A DNA stretch of 64,000 nucleotides from a bacterium. GTDB lineage: Bacteria > Electryoneota > Electryoneia > Electryoneales > Electryoneaceae. The position numbers and the translations under genes were made by a program. The notes beneath the pieces are model-generated. The model saw nothing but the letters and a program-made list of their open reading frames with translations. It had not been told where the DNA came from and did not search any database. This document shows, one piece after another, positions 1 through 10,003 of the stretch (its first letter is position 1; each line of letters starts with the position of its first letter). The stretch lies in NCBI GenBank assembly GCA_963675295.2, contig CAXXKJ010000002.1, positions 4,320,001-4,384,000 on the forward strand, given 5' to 3'.

Positions 1-1
1 G

Positions 2-1111
2 TACGTACAGTCGGAAGACAGCCCGAACCAGCCGGGGAATTTCGCCTGGGCTCAGGTGCTGAACATGTTTGGCGAGCCATTTGTCTGGTACGGTCCGGTT
101 CCCGGCAATATGCGCGCCACGGTTCATGGCCCGATCGGCGCGGAATACAACGCGGTTCCGATGCTGGTTGAACTGTACGATGGTTGTGACGGATATACCA
201 GCAATTATGTCCGCGGAACACTTCGGTTCCTCGGTGCTGAGCTCGGCTTCCTGTATAATCCCGCGAATGCTCCGTTCGCCGGTATGGCGGCGACCACCAC
301 GGACCAGGAGTGGATCCGTCTCGGGCTGAACCCGGCCTTGATGGAAAATATCATCGACTCGATCATCGATGATATGCCGCTCGATCGCATTATCCGTATC
401 AGCCCGAACCCGCCGGGTCCGGTGACTGTGCCGCTGGCTGGTGGTTCATTTGACTACGATGTTCAGATCAGCTATACCGATTGGGTTCCCGTGACCTTCC
501 GCGCATGGACGCGTCTGATCCTGCCGAGCGGTGCTGTCTGGGGCACGCTGGTCGGTCCGGCGACGATTTCCTGGGCTGCCCCGACCACGACCCCGGTGTT
601 CACCTTCACCCAGTTCATTCCGGGCTTTGCGCCGACAGGTTTGTACTTCGTGCAGGGTGTATTGGGTGATGTCTACCCTGGTTTCGCGACCTGTTTCGAC
701 TCGGACAATTTCATGTTCCAGAAGCTGCCGGTGAGCGCCAATGGTGCTTCGACGATTGAACCGGTGACCGAGTGGAAGTCGGAAGGATCGTTCAGCGTAG
801 CGTCGGATGAGGAATCCGCTCTTGAGCAGCCGTCCGCACTGCCGGATGAGTTCAGTGTTGGCCAGGCCTACCCGAACCCGTTCAACCCGTCGACCACGAT
901 TGACGTGTCTCTCGCGGACGCGGCGAACCTGACTGTGACGGTGTACGACGTACAGGGGCGTGAAGTCGCGACCCTAGCCCAGGGTGCGCACACCGCCGGG
1001 TTGCATTCGTTCAGCTTTGACGCCTCCGGCCTCGCCAGCGGTGTCTATTTCCTCCGCGCGAATGTGCCGGGTCAGTTGAACGAAACCCGCAAGCTGGTTC
1101 TGATGCGATAA
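2..1111 (+). CDS. Secreted protein, family A paralog 1 (5' truncated by window): alpha/beta N-domain + Ig-like module + T9SS type-A-like CTD
   Basis: Frame is open from base 2 (YVQSEDSPNQPGNFAW), aligning with IYIQSEIDPAFPGNTMW of the next gene; C-terminus AYPNPFNPSTTI...LASGVYFLRA...RKLVLMR. Confidence 0.85.
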   Translation, partial: YVQSEDSPNQPGNFAWAQVLNMFGEPFVWYGPVPGNMRATVHGPIGAEYNAVPMLVELYDGCDGYTSNYVRGTLRFLGAELGFLYNPANAPFAGMAATTTDQEWIRLGLNPALMENIIDSIIDDMPLDRIIRISPNPPGPVTVPLAGGSFDYDVQISYTDWVPVTFRAWTRLILPSGAVWGTLVGPATISWAAPTTTPVFTFTQFIPGFAPTGLYFVQGVLGDVYPGFATCFDSDNFMFQKLPVSANGASTIEPVTEWKSEGSFSVASDEESALEQPSALPDEFSVGQAYPNPFNPSTTIDVSLADAANLTVTVYDVQGREVATLAQGAHTAGLHSFSFDASGLASGVYFLRANVPGQLNETRKLVLMR

Positions 1112-1148
1112 CGACAGGCTGCCGCACCAGGTCATGAGTCAATGAACC

Positions 1149-1181
1149 CGGGGGTGCTTCCACGTGAAGCGCCCCCGTTTT
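1149..1181 (+). terminator. Intrinsic terminator
   Basis: cgggggtgcttc/gaagcgcccccg hairpin followed by TTTT, downstream of the CDS. Confidence 0.7.
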
Positions 1182-1346
1182 ATTCTGTACGTGACCTGGC
1201 ATTCGGTTCGAAAGCAAACGTACGACCGCCAGCCTATCTCCAATTATTTTCAGAAGTTACGGCTCCGCACTTGCATTTCTAGTTAGGATGTCCGAACTTT
1301 TGTTGAAATGGGGGAATTACAGGTTGTACGAGTCAGGAGGTGAGGG

Positions 1347-2780
1347 ATGAGGAATGCATTCAAGCTCTTTGCATGGGTTACTCTGCTACTGCTGTCTATT
1401 TCATTGGTATCGTCCGCGGCGACGGTGAAGATTATCGAGAGTCCATTGTCGCCGGGTGTGGACGTGGCGTGGGAAACGGTTGCCTTGGGTCTGGGCCATA
1501 CGGCCGCGATTTTTCCCGTGTCTGATCTGGATGTTACCGGGTGGATACCGGCGACCGATGTGCTGATCATCAGCGATCCGCTGCTGCCTTATACACCATT
1601 GCAGATGGGGAATGTTGCCACCGCGATGGCATCCGGGGTCAGCATCTACATCCAATCGGAGATCGACCCGGCATTTCCGGGCAATACCATGTGGGAATTC
1701 GTGGTGAATTCCACCGGTGCCGCCGGGTTTGCATGGTTTGGCGGACCTGTCCCGGGTCCGGTGGACGCGAAGATTTTCGGTCCGGTGGCGGCGCAGTTCA
1801 ACGCCCGGAAACCGGTACTCGCCATGATGGAAGCCTGTGTTGGCGGTAGTCCGGGTCCATTTACAGGCATCGTGCCGAATCTGGAAAGCCCGTTAGGGCC
1901 AGTTGGATTTCTGTACGATGACACCGTCCTGCCGGGCGCCGGCATGGTTGCGACGAACACGGATGTCGAGTGGATCATTCCGTTTGGTCCGGACATCATG
2001 TTGATGGAAAACTACCTCAACACGCTGATCACCAATGTTGAGCTGACCAAGTTCTTCCCGATTGTTGCACCTGCCGGCCTGATCTCCATTCCGTCCTCGG
2101 GTGCCACGATCACCTATACTGTCGAACCTACCAACATCGGCCTCAGCGTATTTCCGACGATTCTGTGGGTCCGGGCCATTCTGCCGAGTGGTGCCGTTTA
2201 TCCGCCGCCGCTTGCCGGGCCGGTTGCCTTGCTGATCCCCGCCATGACGTCGTTGGGACCGGTATCGTTGGCGATGAGCGTTCCGGCTTTCGCACCACCC
2301 GGATTGTATTTCATCCAGAACATGATGACTGCAGGTTTCCCGGGTATCGGGCTGGTGTACGATACCGATTTCTTCATGATTGAAAAAATGGTGATCGGAC
2401 CGGACGATGCGACACCGGCACCGGGCGACGGTGAGATCCTCTCCACCCATGGCGAACTCACCTTCCCGGCGGCAGCGTCGGCAGAGATCGACCAACCGGT
2501 ACATGAACTACCGCAGCAGTTTGCCGTCGGTCAGGCGTATCCGAACCCGTTTAACCCGTCCACCACGATCGACGTCTCCCTCGCGGACGCGGCGAATCTG
2601 ACGGTGACGGTCTTTGACGTGCAGGGCCGGGAAGTCGCGACCCTAGCCCAGGGTGCGCACACCGCCGGGTTGCATTCGTTCAGCTTTGACGCCTCCGGTC
2701 TCGCCAGCGGTGTCTATTTCCTCCGCGCGAATGTGCCGGGTCAGTTGAACGAAACCCGCAAGCTCGTCCTGATGCGGTAA
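1347..2780 (+). CDS. Secreted protein, family A paralog 2, with Ig-like module and CTD
   Basis: 477 aa; signal peptide; ggaggtgaggg RBS region; PNPFNP CTD nearly identical to paralog 1. Confidence 0.88.
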   Translation: MRNAFKLFAWVTLLLLSISLVSSAATVKIIESPLSPGVDVAWETVALGLGHTAAIFPVSDLDVTGWIPATDVLIISDPLLPYTPLQMGNVATAMASGVSIYIQSEIDPAFPGNTMWEFVVNSTGAAGFAWFGGPVPGPVDAKIFGPVAAQFNARKPVLAMMEACVGGSPGPFTGIVPNLESPLGPVGFLYDDTVLPGAGMVATNTDVEWIIPFGPDIMLMENYLNTLITNVELTKFFPIVAPAGLISIPSSGATITYTVEPTNIGLSVFPTILWVRAILPSGAVYPPPLAGPVALLIPAMTSLGPVSLAMSVPAFAPPGLYFIQNMMTAGFPGIGLVYDTDFFMIEKMVIGPDDATPAPGDGEILSTHGELTFPAAASAEIDQPVHELPQQFAVGQAYPNPFNPSTTIDVSLADAANLTVTVFDVQGREVATLAQGAHTAGLHSFSFDASGLASGVYFLRANVPGQLNETRKLVLMR

Positions 2781-3186
2781 GATTGGTTCGTAGTCTATGT
2801 AAGAACGCGGCCATGTCAGATAGTTTCAGACACGGCCGCGTTGCTCTCCCATGCCGACTCCTCCCCCTCCTTCGGTATCGGTTGTCAGCTGCTCATCACG
2901 TTCTACATTTCCCCACACTTTCACCATCGCCCCAACTCGGTCTCCTCTCCCGACTTCCATGATGTGCTCCCCATCAACTCACGACCTGGCTCCTCGCATA
3001 TATTGTTAGGCAAGCTTAACAAACACCATAGTGGGCGCCCGCAAATCCGCTACACCTGCAGGGACAAGGCGTCACAAACATGTATCACAAACACCCCGGA
3101 TCCTGCGACTCCAGATATGGAGTTCGGAGATCCTGACACATATCAAACAGAGCCACCGAACATGGGCAAAGAGAGAGGGAGTTACC

Positions 3187-4605
3187 ATGAAACACCTTAT
3201 CACATGCGTGATCCTGCTGCTGGCAGTGACCGCACTTCTGGGCGTGAGTGTTTCTCACGCCGCCAACATCCTGATCGTAGAGTCGCAAAGTTACAGCACC
3301 GCACAGAATCAGGACACTCAGTGGCAGATCGCTGCCACCAACATGGGCCATTCTGCGACGATCGTCCCGCAAACCACCCTGGACAACACCGGCTTCATCG
3401 CGACCACTGACCTGCTGATCGTCTCCTCCGGCGTCATCACGTTACCGGCGAATCGTGTAGCCAGCATTCAGGCGATGATGGAGGCGGGCAAGCCGGTCTA
3501 CCTGCAGTGTGAGTACCCGATGACAGTCACCACAACGCAGGCGTTCGAGGACATTGTCAACAATCTCGGCTATCCGTTCACTTCCTTCAGTTGGCTGGGG
3601 TAGACCATTTCCACAATTCCCCCGGTTCAGATCAATGGTACGTTGGCGACCACACCGAACTTCGTCAACTCATTAACCACCTTCTCCAATGGTGTTTACG
3701 GCAGTGGCGGATTCAGCATCGTCAACGACATGTATTCGAATTTTAACACGTACGGCTACACGTTCTACCCCCCGAACGGTTCTTACGGCATGATGTGCTG
3801 CTCAACGGATCAGGATTGGACGATTGTCGACCCACAGCGCATCAACCTGATGGAGAATTACATCTACCGGCTGTTTGCGTATTCCCCGGGCGGTCCGGTC
3901 TGGATCGGGGTTGCACCCTTAAACACGCAGATCCCGGCTGGCGGAGGTACGTTGAACTACCTCGCGCAGATCACCAACGGTAGCGGATCGACATGGACGG
4001 GTGACGCCTGGACCAACGTGATCCTTCCGAACGGCAATTTCCTCGGAAATGCGCTGATGGTCCGTCCGAACTTGACCTTCCCTGATGGGACCGTCACCCC
4101 GGTTTACTCGCTAAGCCAGTATGTGCCCAGTTTCGCACCGGCGGGCCATTACCAGTTCTTCGCCTTCCTCGGAACGTATCCGACCAACGTCGAAACAAGC
4201 TGGCATTTCGACATGTACAAGCTGGTGATCGCGCCGGATGATGTCCCCGCGGAACCGTCACTCAACGACACGTGGCACGGCGACAACTGGTCTGCCGTCG
4301 CAAATGAATTCACAGAGCAGCCGATTGAAACGGCGCTTCCCGAACAGTTCCAGCTTGGCGATCCGTACCCGAACCCGTTCAACCCGAGCACAACGATCGA
4401 GCTTAGTCTGCCGGAAACACGGAACTTGAGCGTGGTGGTGTATGACGTGCAGGGGCGTGAAGTCGCGACTCTGGCGCAGGGGAATTACCATGCGGGTGAG
4501 CACCGGTTCAGCTTCGATGCACGAGGTCTCGCCAGCGGGATTTACTTCCTTCGCGCGCAGTCTGGTTCGGAGATGCAGACCCGGAAGCTGATGCTGCTGC
4601 ACTAA
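3187..4605 (+). pseudogene. Family A paralog 3 interrupted by an in-frame TAG at 3601-3603
   Basis: ORFs 3031-3603 and 3643-4605 are in the same frame; read-through WLG*TISTIPPVQINGTLAT aligns without gaps to WQQSYFGDLVPMQITGDLAT of paralog 4; ATG 3187 follows gagaggga and starts a signal peptide; CTD intact. Confidence 0.8.
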
Positions 4606-4857
4606 ACGAGGTGAGAGAGCCGGGTTCGTGGGTGAGCTGTGATCTGCCGCACTCGCGGCGGCGATCAAGGCTAACCCATTGTTAAAGTGAAAGATAAACA
4701 GGTTGTTAGGTGAAGCTGGCAACCTGTTTTCTGTTTTTTCGGGCTCTGTCTCTCATGGAGACACGATTGGGGGTTGTTCTGCGAGAGAATTTCCGGACAA
4801 TTTCTCGTACATCTGGTCATACACAACATCCGTAGTTCCCTAACATGAGAGAGGACC

Positions 4858-6249
4858 ATGAAGAAATTATCGATCTTTGCGATCGCAATGGGACTGTTGT
4901 TCGTCGCCGGTATGGCTACAGCGGCAAATATTGCGATCATCGAAAGCCAGAGTGCAAACCCGGCTTTCCACCAGGATGAAATCTGGCAGGACGTGGCCCA
5001 GGGACTTGGCCACACGGCTTTCATTTACCAGCAATCGTACCTCGATGAGCCGAACAACGCGCACGACATCGATTTGCTGATCATCTCGTCCGGTGTCATC
5101 GACATCCCGCAGCAGCGGAAGGCATACATCCGCGAGTTCCTGCGCATGGGCACCCCGGTGTACCTGCAGTGCGAATATGACGCCAGCTTTGGTTCGAACG
5201 AAACCTGGGTCGCTTTGGTGCAGGCGATGGGCGGCATCTTCAACTGGCAGCAGAGTTACTTTGGCGACCTCGTCCCGATGCAGATCACCGGTGACCTGGC
5301 GACGGCGTACAACAACGTCTACACCATCAACGAGTATTTCGTGAATGGTTGTGCCGGCTTCGGTGGCTACAGTGTCGTGACGAACATGGAATACCAGAAC
5401 CATGCGTATGGCTGGTATTTCGATCCGCCGAACACTGATTTTGCCGCGTTGGCGACCAACACCGACCGCAACTGGATCCTGCAGGGCGATGGTACGTCGT
5501 TGATGGAAAACTACATCGAGCTGCTGCTTGCGGACACGGTGACGGTTCCGGTGCTGAACGTGGAGCCGGTCGGTTCGACCGTGATCCCCGCGTCCGGGGG
5601 TGTGTTGCACGCGGAAGCTCAGGTCATCAACAACAGCAACAGCTTCCTCAACGTCGACTTCTGGACCCGTGTGATCCTGCCGAGCGGCACGCCCTACGGC
5701 CCGCTCTTCCGTCAAACGGATAAGACGTTTGACGTCGGCTTCGTCTCGCCGTGGTATCCGCTGACCCAGATGATTCCGTTCAGCGCGCCGGCTGGTACGT
5801 ACCAGTACCAGGTCGTGATGGGCAACTTCGACTACCTCACTGAGTATGCGGTGGATGGTTTCGAGTGGACCAAGTCGGCGACCGGCACGGATGCCGTCTA
5901 CCAGGACTGGGCCGCCAGCGGTTTTGGCATGATGGACGCGAACACCGCGGCGACGGTTGACGAAAACGACGCCCTCCCGCTGCCGAACGAGTTCACGCTC
6001 AGCGATCCGTATCCGAACCCGTTCAACCCGTCCACGACGATCAACGTGTCGTTGGCAGAAACCGCGCCGCTTCAAGTCGCGGTGTATGATCTGCAGGGCC
6101 GGGTTGTGAGCACGTTGGCGAGCGGCACCTACATCGCCGGCAGCCACACGTTCAGCTTCGAGGCCCACGATCTCGCCAGTGGAGTGTACTTCGTGCAGGC
6201 GCAGACGAACGGGCTGGTTCAGACCCGCAAGCTGGTGCTGATGAAGTAG
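4858..6249 (+). CDS. Secreted protein, family A paralog 4, with Ig-like module and CTD
   Basis: 463 aa; signal peptide; shared motifs ANI.I.ESQS, VYLQCEY, LMENYI; PNPFNP CTD. Confidence 0.88.
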   Translation: MKKLSIFAIAMGLLFVAGMATAANIAIIESQSANPAFHQDEIWQDVAQGLGHTAFIYQQSYLDEPNNAHDIDLLIISSGVIDIPQQRKAYIREFLRMGTPVYLQCEYDASFGSNETWVALVQAMGGIFNWQQSYFGDLVPMQITGDLATAYNNVYTINEYFVNGCAGFGGYSVVTNMEYQNHAYGWYFDPPNTDFAALATNTDRNWILQGDGTSLMENYIELLLADTVTVPVLNVEPVGSTVIPASGGVLHAEAQVINNSNSFLNVDFWTRVILPSGTPYGPLFRQTDKTFDVGFVSPWYPLTQMIPFSAPAGTYQYQVVMGNFDYLTEYAVDGFEWTKSATGTDAVYQDWAASGFGMMDANTAATVDENDALPLPNEFTLSDPYPNPFNPSTTINVSLAETAPLQVAVYDLQGRVVSTLASGTYIAGSHTFSFEAHDLASGVYFVQAQTNGLVQTRKLVLMK

Positions 6250-6280
6250 GAAGACAGTCCTGAGTCTTGAGAAACACAAC

Positions 6281-6316
6281 ACGGGAACGCTTTGATCAGA
6301 AAGCGTTCCCGTTTTT
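6281..6316 (+). terminator. Intrinsic terminator
   Basis: acgggaacgcttt/aaagcgttcccgt hairpin + T tract. Confidence 0.75.
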
Positions 6317-6369
6317 ACTCCTTCACAGCGGTTACAGCGGTGTGATGCCCATCCAGCTCCACCTCTACG

Positions 6370-6821
6370 GAATCCGCTGCACTCTCAGCCCGCCGCGTAG
6401 CGGCGAGGGGTGGATAGCGTGTGGCTTCCTCAGCGACGAGAGCTGCACCCAGCCGCCTCCCAGCCGAATCCGCTACACTCTCAGCCCGCCGCGTAGCGGC
6501 GATGGGTGGGTACCGTTTGGCTTCCTCAGCGACGAGAGCTACACCCAGCCGCCTCCCAGCCGAATCCGCTGCACTCTCAGCCCGCCGCGTAGCGGCGAGG
6601 GGTGGATAGCGTGTGGCTTCCTCAGCGACGAGAGCTGCACCCAGCCGCCTCCCAGCCGAATCCGCTACACTCTCAGCCCGCCGCGTAGCGGCGATGGGTG
6701 GGTACCGTTTGGCTTCCTCAGCGACGAGAGCTACACCCAGCCGCCTCCCAGCCGAATCCGCTACACTCTCAGCCCGCCGTGTAGCGGCGATGGGTGGATA
6801 GCGTGTGGCTTCAGCCACACG
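6370..6821. repeat. 96-bp tandem repeat (~4.7 units, alternating A/B variants) containing a REP-like unit
   Basis: gaatccgct recurs at 6370, 6466, 6562, 6658, 6754; core ccgcgtagcgg...tagcgtgtggcttc also occurs at 15901-16011. Confidence 0.9.
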
Positions 6822-7054
6822 AACGGACGCCTCCCCCCTTCCCCCCGCCTTGCCACTAGCCGCCCGTCCTGTAGGGACGGCGCACCCAGACGCACTTTTC
6901 GGGCATTCACTCGAACCGGCACCCATCCTTTCTGCCAAACGCGACTCACCCCATCGCCTTCTCCAACCCACCACCCAACCCGTGACATCCCGATCTACCG
7001 CCACCAAAATGAAAAACCCATGCTCGCTTGCGAACACGGGTCTGGATTTTCCTC

Positions 7055-7253
7055 AAGACTCAGATCTCGAGTCCTTCATCTTTGCCTCAAATCTCAGATC
7101 TCAGATCTCAAGTCCCTTGTCTTTGTCTCAGGACTCAGGTCTCAGGTCTCAGGTCACAGGTCTTAAGTCCTTTGTCTCAGGACTCAAGTCTCACATCTCA
7201 AGTCCTTTGTCTTTGTCTTTTTCTCAGGACTCAGGACTCAAGACTCAGGACTG
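7055..7253. repeat. Degenerate heptamer tract (e.g. ggactca, ggtctca, gatctca)
   Basis: Visible 7-bp periodicity just past the stop of the TonB-dependent receptor gene. Confidence 0.8.
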
Positions 7254-7261
7254 CCTTTCGA

Positions 7262-9754
7262 TCACATCCCGCCTTCGTCGTCGAATCCGTTGTCCATCAT
7301 CCCACCGGGCTGCCGTTTCTGGCGTTCATCCTGGTTGAACCGGTAGGTGAGGTTGAGCATGAACGTGCGTCCGCGCCACTGGAATTCCGAATCCGAATAG
7401 AACGTGTCGGTGGTGGTTTTCATGTTGCGTTTGCGCGTGTCGAACAGGTCGCGCACATTGAACGCGAGCGTCAGGTTGTTGTCCAGGAAATTCTGGCTGA
7501 GGCCGAGATCCAGCGCGTAGATCGGATCGCGTTCAGATTGCAGCAATTCACGCGGGCCCATGTAAAAGAACCGCAGCTGCAACTGGGAGGTCTTGGTGAA
7601 CTGCCAGCGGGTGCTCGCGCGGGAAAACCAAGTGAGGAATTCACGGTCATACGACACCCCACCGAACGAGCCACTCGATTGCGACTGGTAGATGTTCATG
7701 CTGGCCTGCATGTTCAGCCGCTTCATCAGCTGATACATCACCTCGAACTCGAAGCCGTAGTGGTCGGCGTCCCCGATATTGTACGGCTGCGAAACGATCA
7801 CATCACCTTCCGTTGTCTCGAACCACTCAATCACACCGGTCGAGTGCCGGTAGTAGACACTGCTGCTGACCGATCCCTTGTCGGTGTGGAACAGGTGGCC
7901 GATCTCGAAGCTGTTCGAGTACTCCGGATCGAGGTTCGGGTTGCCGCGACGGATGTTCCGGCTGTCGGTGTAGTTCCAGAACGGAATCAGGAACCAGTGA
8001 TGCGGTCGCATCAGCCGCCGCGAATAACTCGCTTGGATCGAGTTGACCGGGGTGATTTCGTAAGTCAGGAACGCGGACGGGAACAGATCAAAGTAGTCGC
8101 GTTCGTTGATTTCGTTCGTCTCACGGTACTCGGTGGTAATGTCGGAATACTCACCGCGCAGGCCGATCTGGTAGGACCACGTGTCGTTCAGCAGATTCGA
8201 GAAGGTGAAGTACCCGGCATAGATGTTCTCATCGTAAATCAGGTGATTGCTGACATCCACCGTCGTGCCGGTGCCGCCTTCGATCACTTCGTAGTCGTGA
8301 TCCAGCTCTCGCATGTTGCCCTTGACACCCGCCTCGATCTTGTGCTTCTCGCTGTACGGGTGCACATAATCGAGTTGGAACAGGTGCCGGGTTTCGCCCT
8401 CGAGGTTGTCCACGTATTCGACGAGATCGTTGTCCGGGCCTACGAGCACGTCTTCCGTGATGACGGACAGCTCGTTCTCCGACCCGGTCTCGAACTGGTA
8501 GTCGGCGGTGAATTCGTGGCCCTTGGTGTCAAACAGGTGCCGGTAGCCGAAGTCGAAACCGTTATAACGTTCCGTCTCCTCTTCCGGGTTGTTGCGGTAG
8601 ATGTCGGATGCCAACACGCCGTTGTCGTCGAAGTAACGGTAGTGCACGTAGGCATCGGTCTCATCCTCGCCGTAGTCGTTGAACGCCGACACGGTCACCG
8701 TATTCTTGTCATCGTGCATGTATTCGAAGCCGAAGCGGACGTAGTTGCTCCAGCCGGACCGGTCAAATTCTTCGTCCTCGTCCAACGTCGCGAACGGGGC
8801 ATCGGGGCTGTAGTATTCCTGGTACGTCGACCCGCCACCGTCATGGCTGCGATACCGTAGTTGCTCGTTGATGAAGTAGTTCATCTTGCCGGTGCGGTAG
8901 TTCAGGTTGAATCCACCGCCGTAGCCTTCGGGGATCGAGCCGGACACGTTCACCGACCCGTTCACACCCTTTTCCCGTTCCTGCTTCAGGATGATGTTCA
9001 GAATGCCGGCGTCGCCCTGGGCATCGTACTTCGCGGACGGATTGGTCATCACTTCGACACGATCCACCATCTCCGCGGAAAGCTGCTGCAACGCTTCGCC
9101 CGGATCGAGACCGACACGGGTGGACGGCTTCCCGTTAATCAGGATGCGCACGTTGCTGTTGCCTCGCAGACTGACCGTGCCCTCGAGGTCGACGGTAACC
9201 GAGGGGATTTCCTCGAGTGCGTCCGCGACCGTACCGCCGGCATCCGCAACGCTGGAGCTGATGCGGTAGATCTTGCGATCCGGCGCGAGGGTCACCTCTG
9301 TGCTTTCCACACGCAGCTCGACCTCTTCCAGTTCGAGTGTGGTGGAATTGAGCGTCAACTTCCCGAGATTGACACGCGGCGACTCTTCGTTGATCTCAAT
9401 ATTCTCAACCAGCACCTGGTTGTAGCCAAGCGCGCGAATGAGCAGGTCGTACGTTCCTTCCGGCACCGCCATGATGCGGAATCCGCCGTCATCCTCGGAC
9501 GCAGCACCTCGCACGGCGGCATCGTTGTCTACGGTCTCACCTTCGTGCAGCACCCCGTCCGGAAACAGCATGATATTCGCGCCGGGGATCGGCATGTCGG
9601 CGTCATTGTCGGACACACTCCCCATGATCATCCACATCCGAGGCGAGGCGTCGCCAGCGGTCTGCGGCTGAACTTGCGCAAACAGCGTATTTGAGACACC
9701 AAAAAAGAAACCGGCCAGCAAAACGATCGTCAGGACCGGTGAGTTGCGGTGCAT
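7262..9754 (-). CDS. TonB-dependent receptor / outer-membrane beta-barrel with N-terminal carboxypeptidase-regulatory-like domain
   Basis: Plug motifs IPSVTVDLEG.VSLRG, ILINGKPS, VDRVEVMTNPSAKYDAQGDAGILNIILK; GNPNLDPEYSNSFE; likely start MHRNSPV. Confidence 0.9.
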   Translation of the reverse strand: MHRNSPVLTIVLLAGFFFGVSNTLFAQVQPQTAGDASPRMWMIMGSVSDNDADMPIPGANIMLFPDGVLHEGETVDNDAAVRGAASEDDGGFRIMAVPEGTYDLLIRALGYNQVLVENIEINEESPRVNLGKLTLNSTTLELEEVELRVESTEVTLAPDRKIYRISSSVADAGGTVADALEEIPSVTVDLEGTVSLRGNSNVRILINGKPSTRVGLDPGEALQQLSAEMVDRVEVMTNPSAKYDAQGDAGILNIILKQEREKGVNGSVNVSGSIPEGYGGGFNLNYRTGKMNYFINEQLRYRSHDGGGSTYQEYYSPDAPFATLDEDEEFDRSGWSNYVRFGFEYMHDDKNTVTVSAFNDYGEDETDAYVHYRYFDDNGVLASDIYRNNPEEETERYNGFDFGYRHLFDTKGHEFTADYQFETGSENELSVITEDVLVGPDNDLVEYVDNLEGETRHLFQLDYVHPYSEKHKIEAGVKGNMRELDHDYEVIEGGTGTTVDVSNHLIYDENIYAGYFTFSNLLNDTWSYQIGLRGEYSDITTEYRETNEINERDYFDLFPSAFLTYEITPVNSIQASYSRRLMRPHHWFLIPFWNYTDSRNIRRGNPNLDPEYSNSFEIGHLFHTDKGSVSSSVYYRHSTGVIEWFETTEGDVIVSQPYNIGDADHYGFEFEVMYQLMKRLNMQASMNIYQSQSSGSFGGVSYDREFLTWFSRASTRWQFTKTSQLQLRFFYMGPRELLQSERDPIYALDLGLSQNFLDNNLTLAFNVRDLFDTRKRNMKTTTDTFYSDSEFQWRGRTFMLNLTYRFNQDERQKRQPGGMMDNGFDDEGGM

Positions 9755-10003
9755 GGAATCCGTCTCCCAATTTATCATGAATAAAATCAAGCCTTTCGCT
9801 TCACGAAAACCTGTCGGTTCTCGAGTATGCTATATAGACGATGAACAGCCTGAAATGTTTAACTCCCCCGGAGCCAGCATCGCCGAATCCTGAGCAAAGC
9901 GTGGAAACCCGAAAAACTTCCTCTACTTAGTCGCAGTTTTACTTGCGAATCTTGAGAATGTTCACCATATTGCCCGGCGCAGTTAAGTTCGGCATTCCTA
10001 ACG

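Noticed and set aside
6370-6821. Possible CRISPR array
   Set aside because: No unique spacers (whole units repeat) and no cas genes in the window
6267-7166. 299-aa and 240-aa ORFs with 32-aa repeats
   Set aside because: They follow from a 96-bp DNA repeat lacking stops; they overlap a terminator and REP-like units and have no clear RBS or protein-like composition
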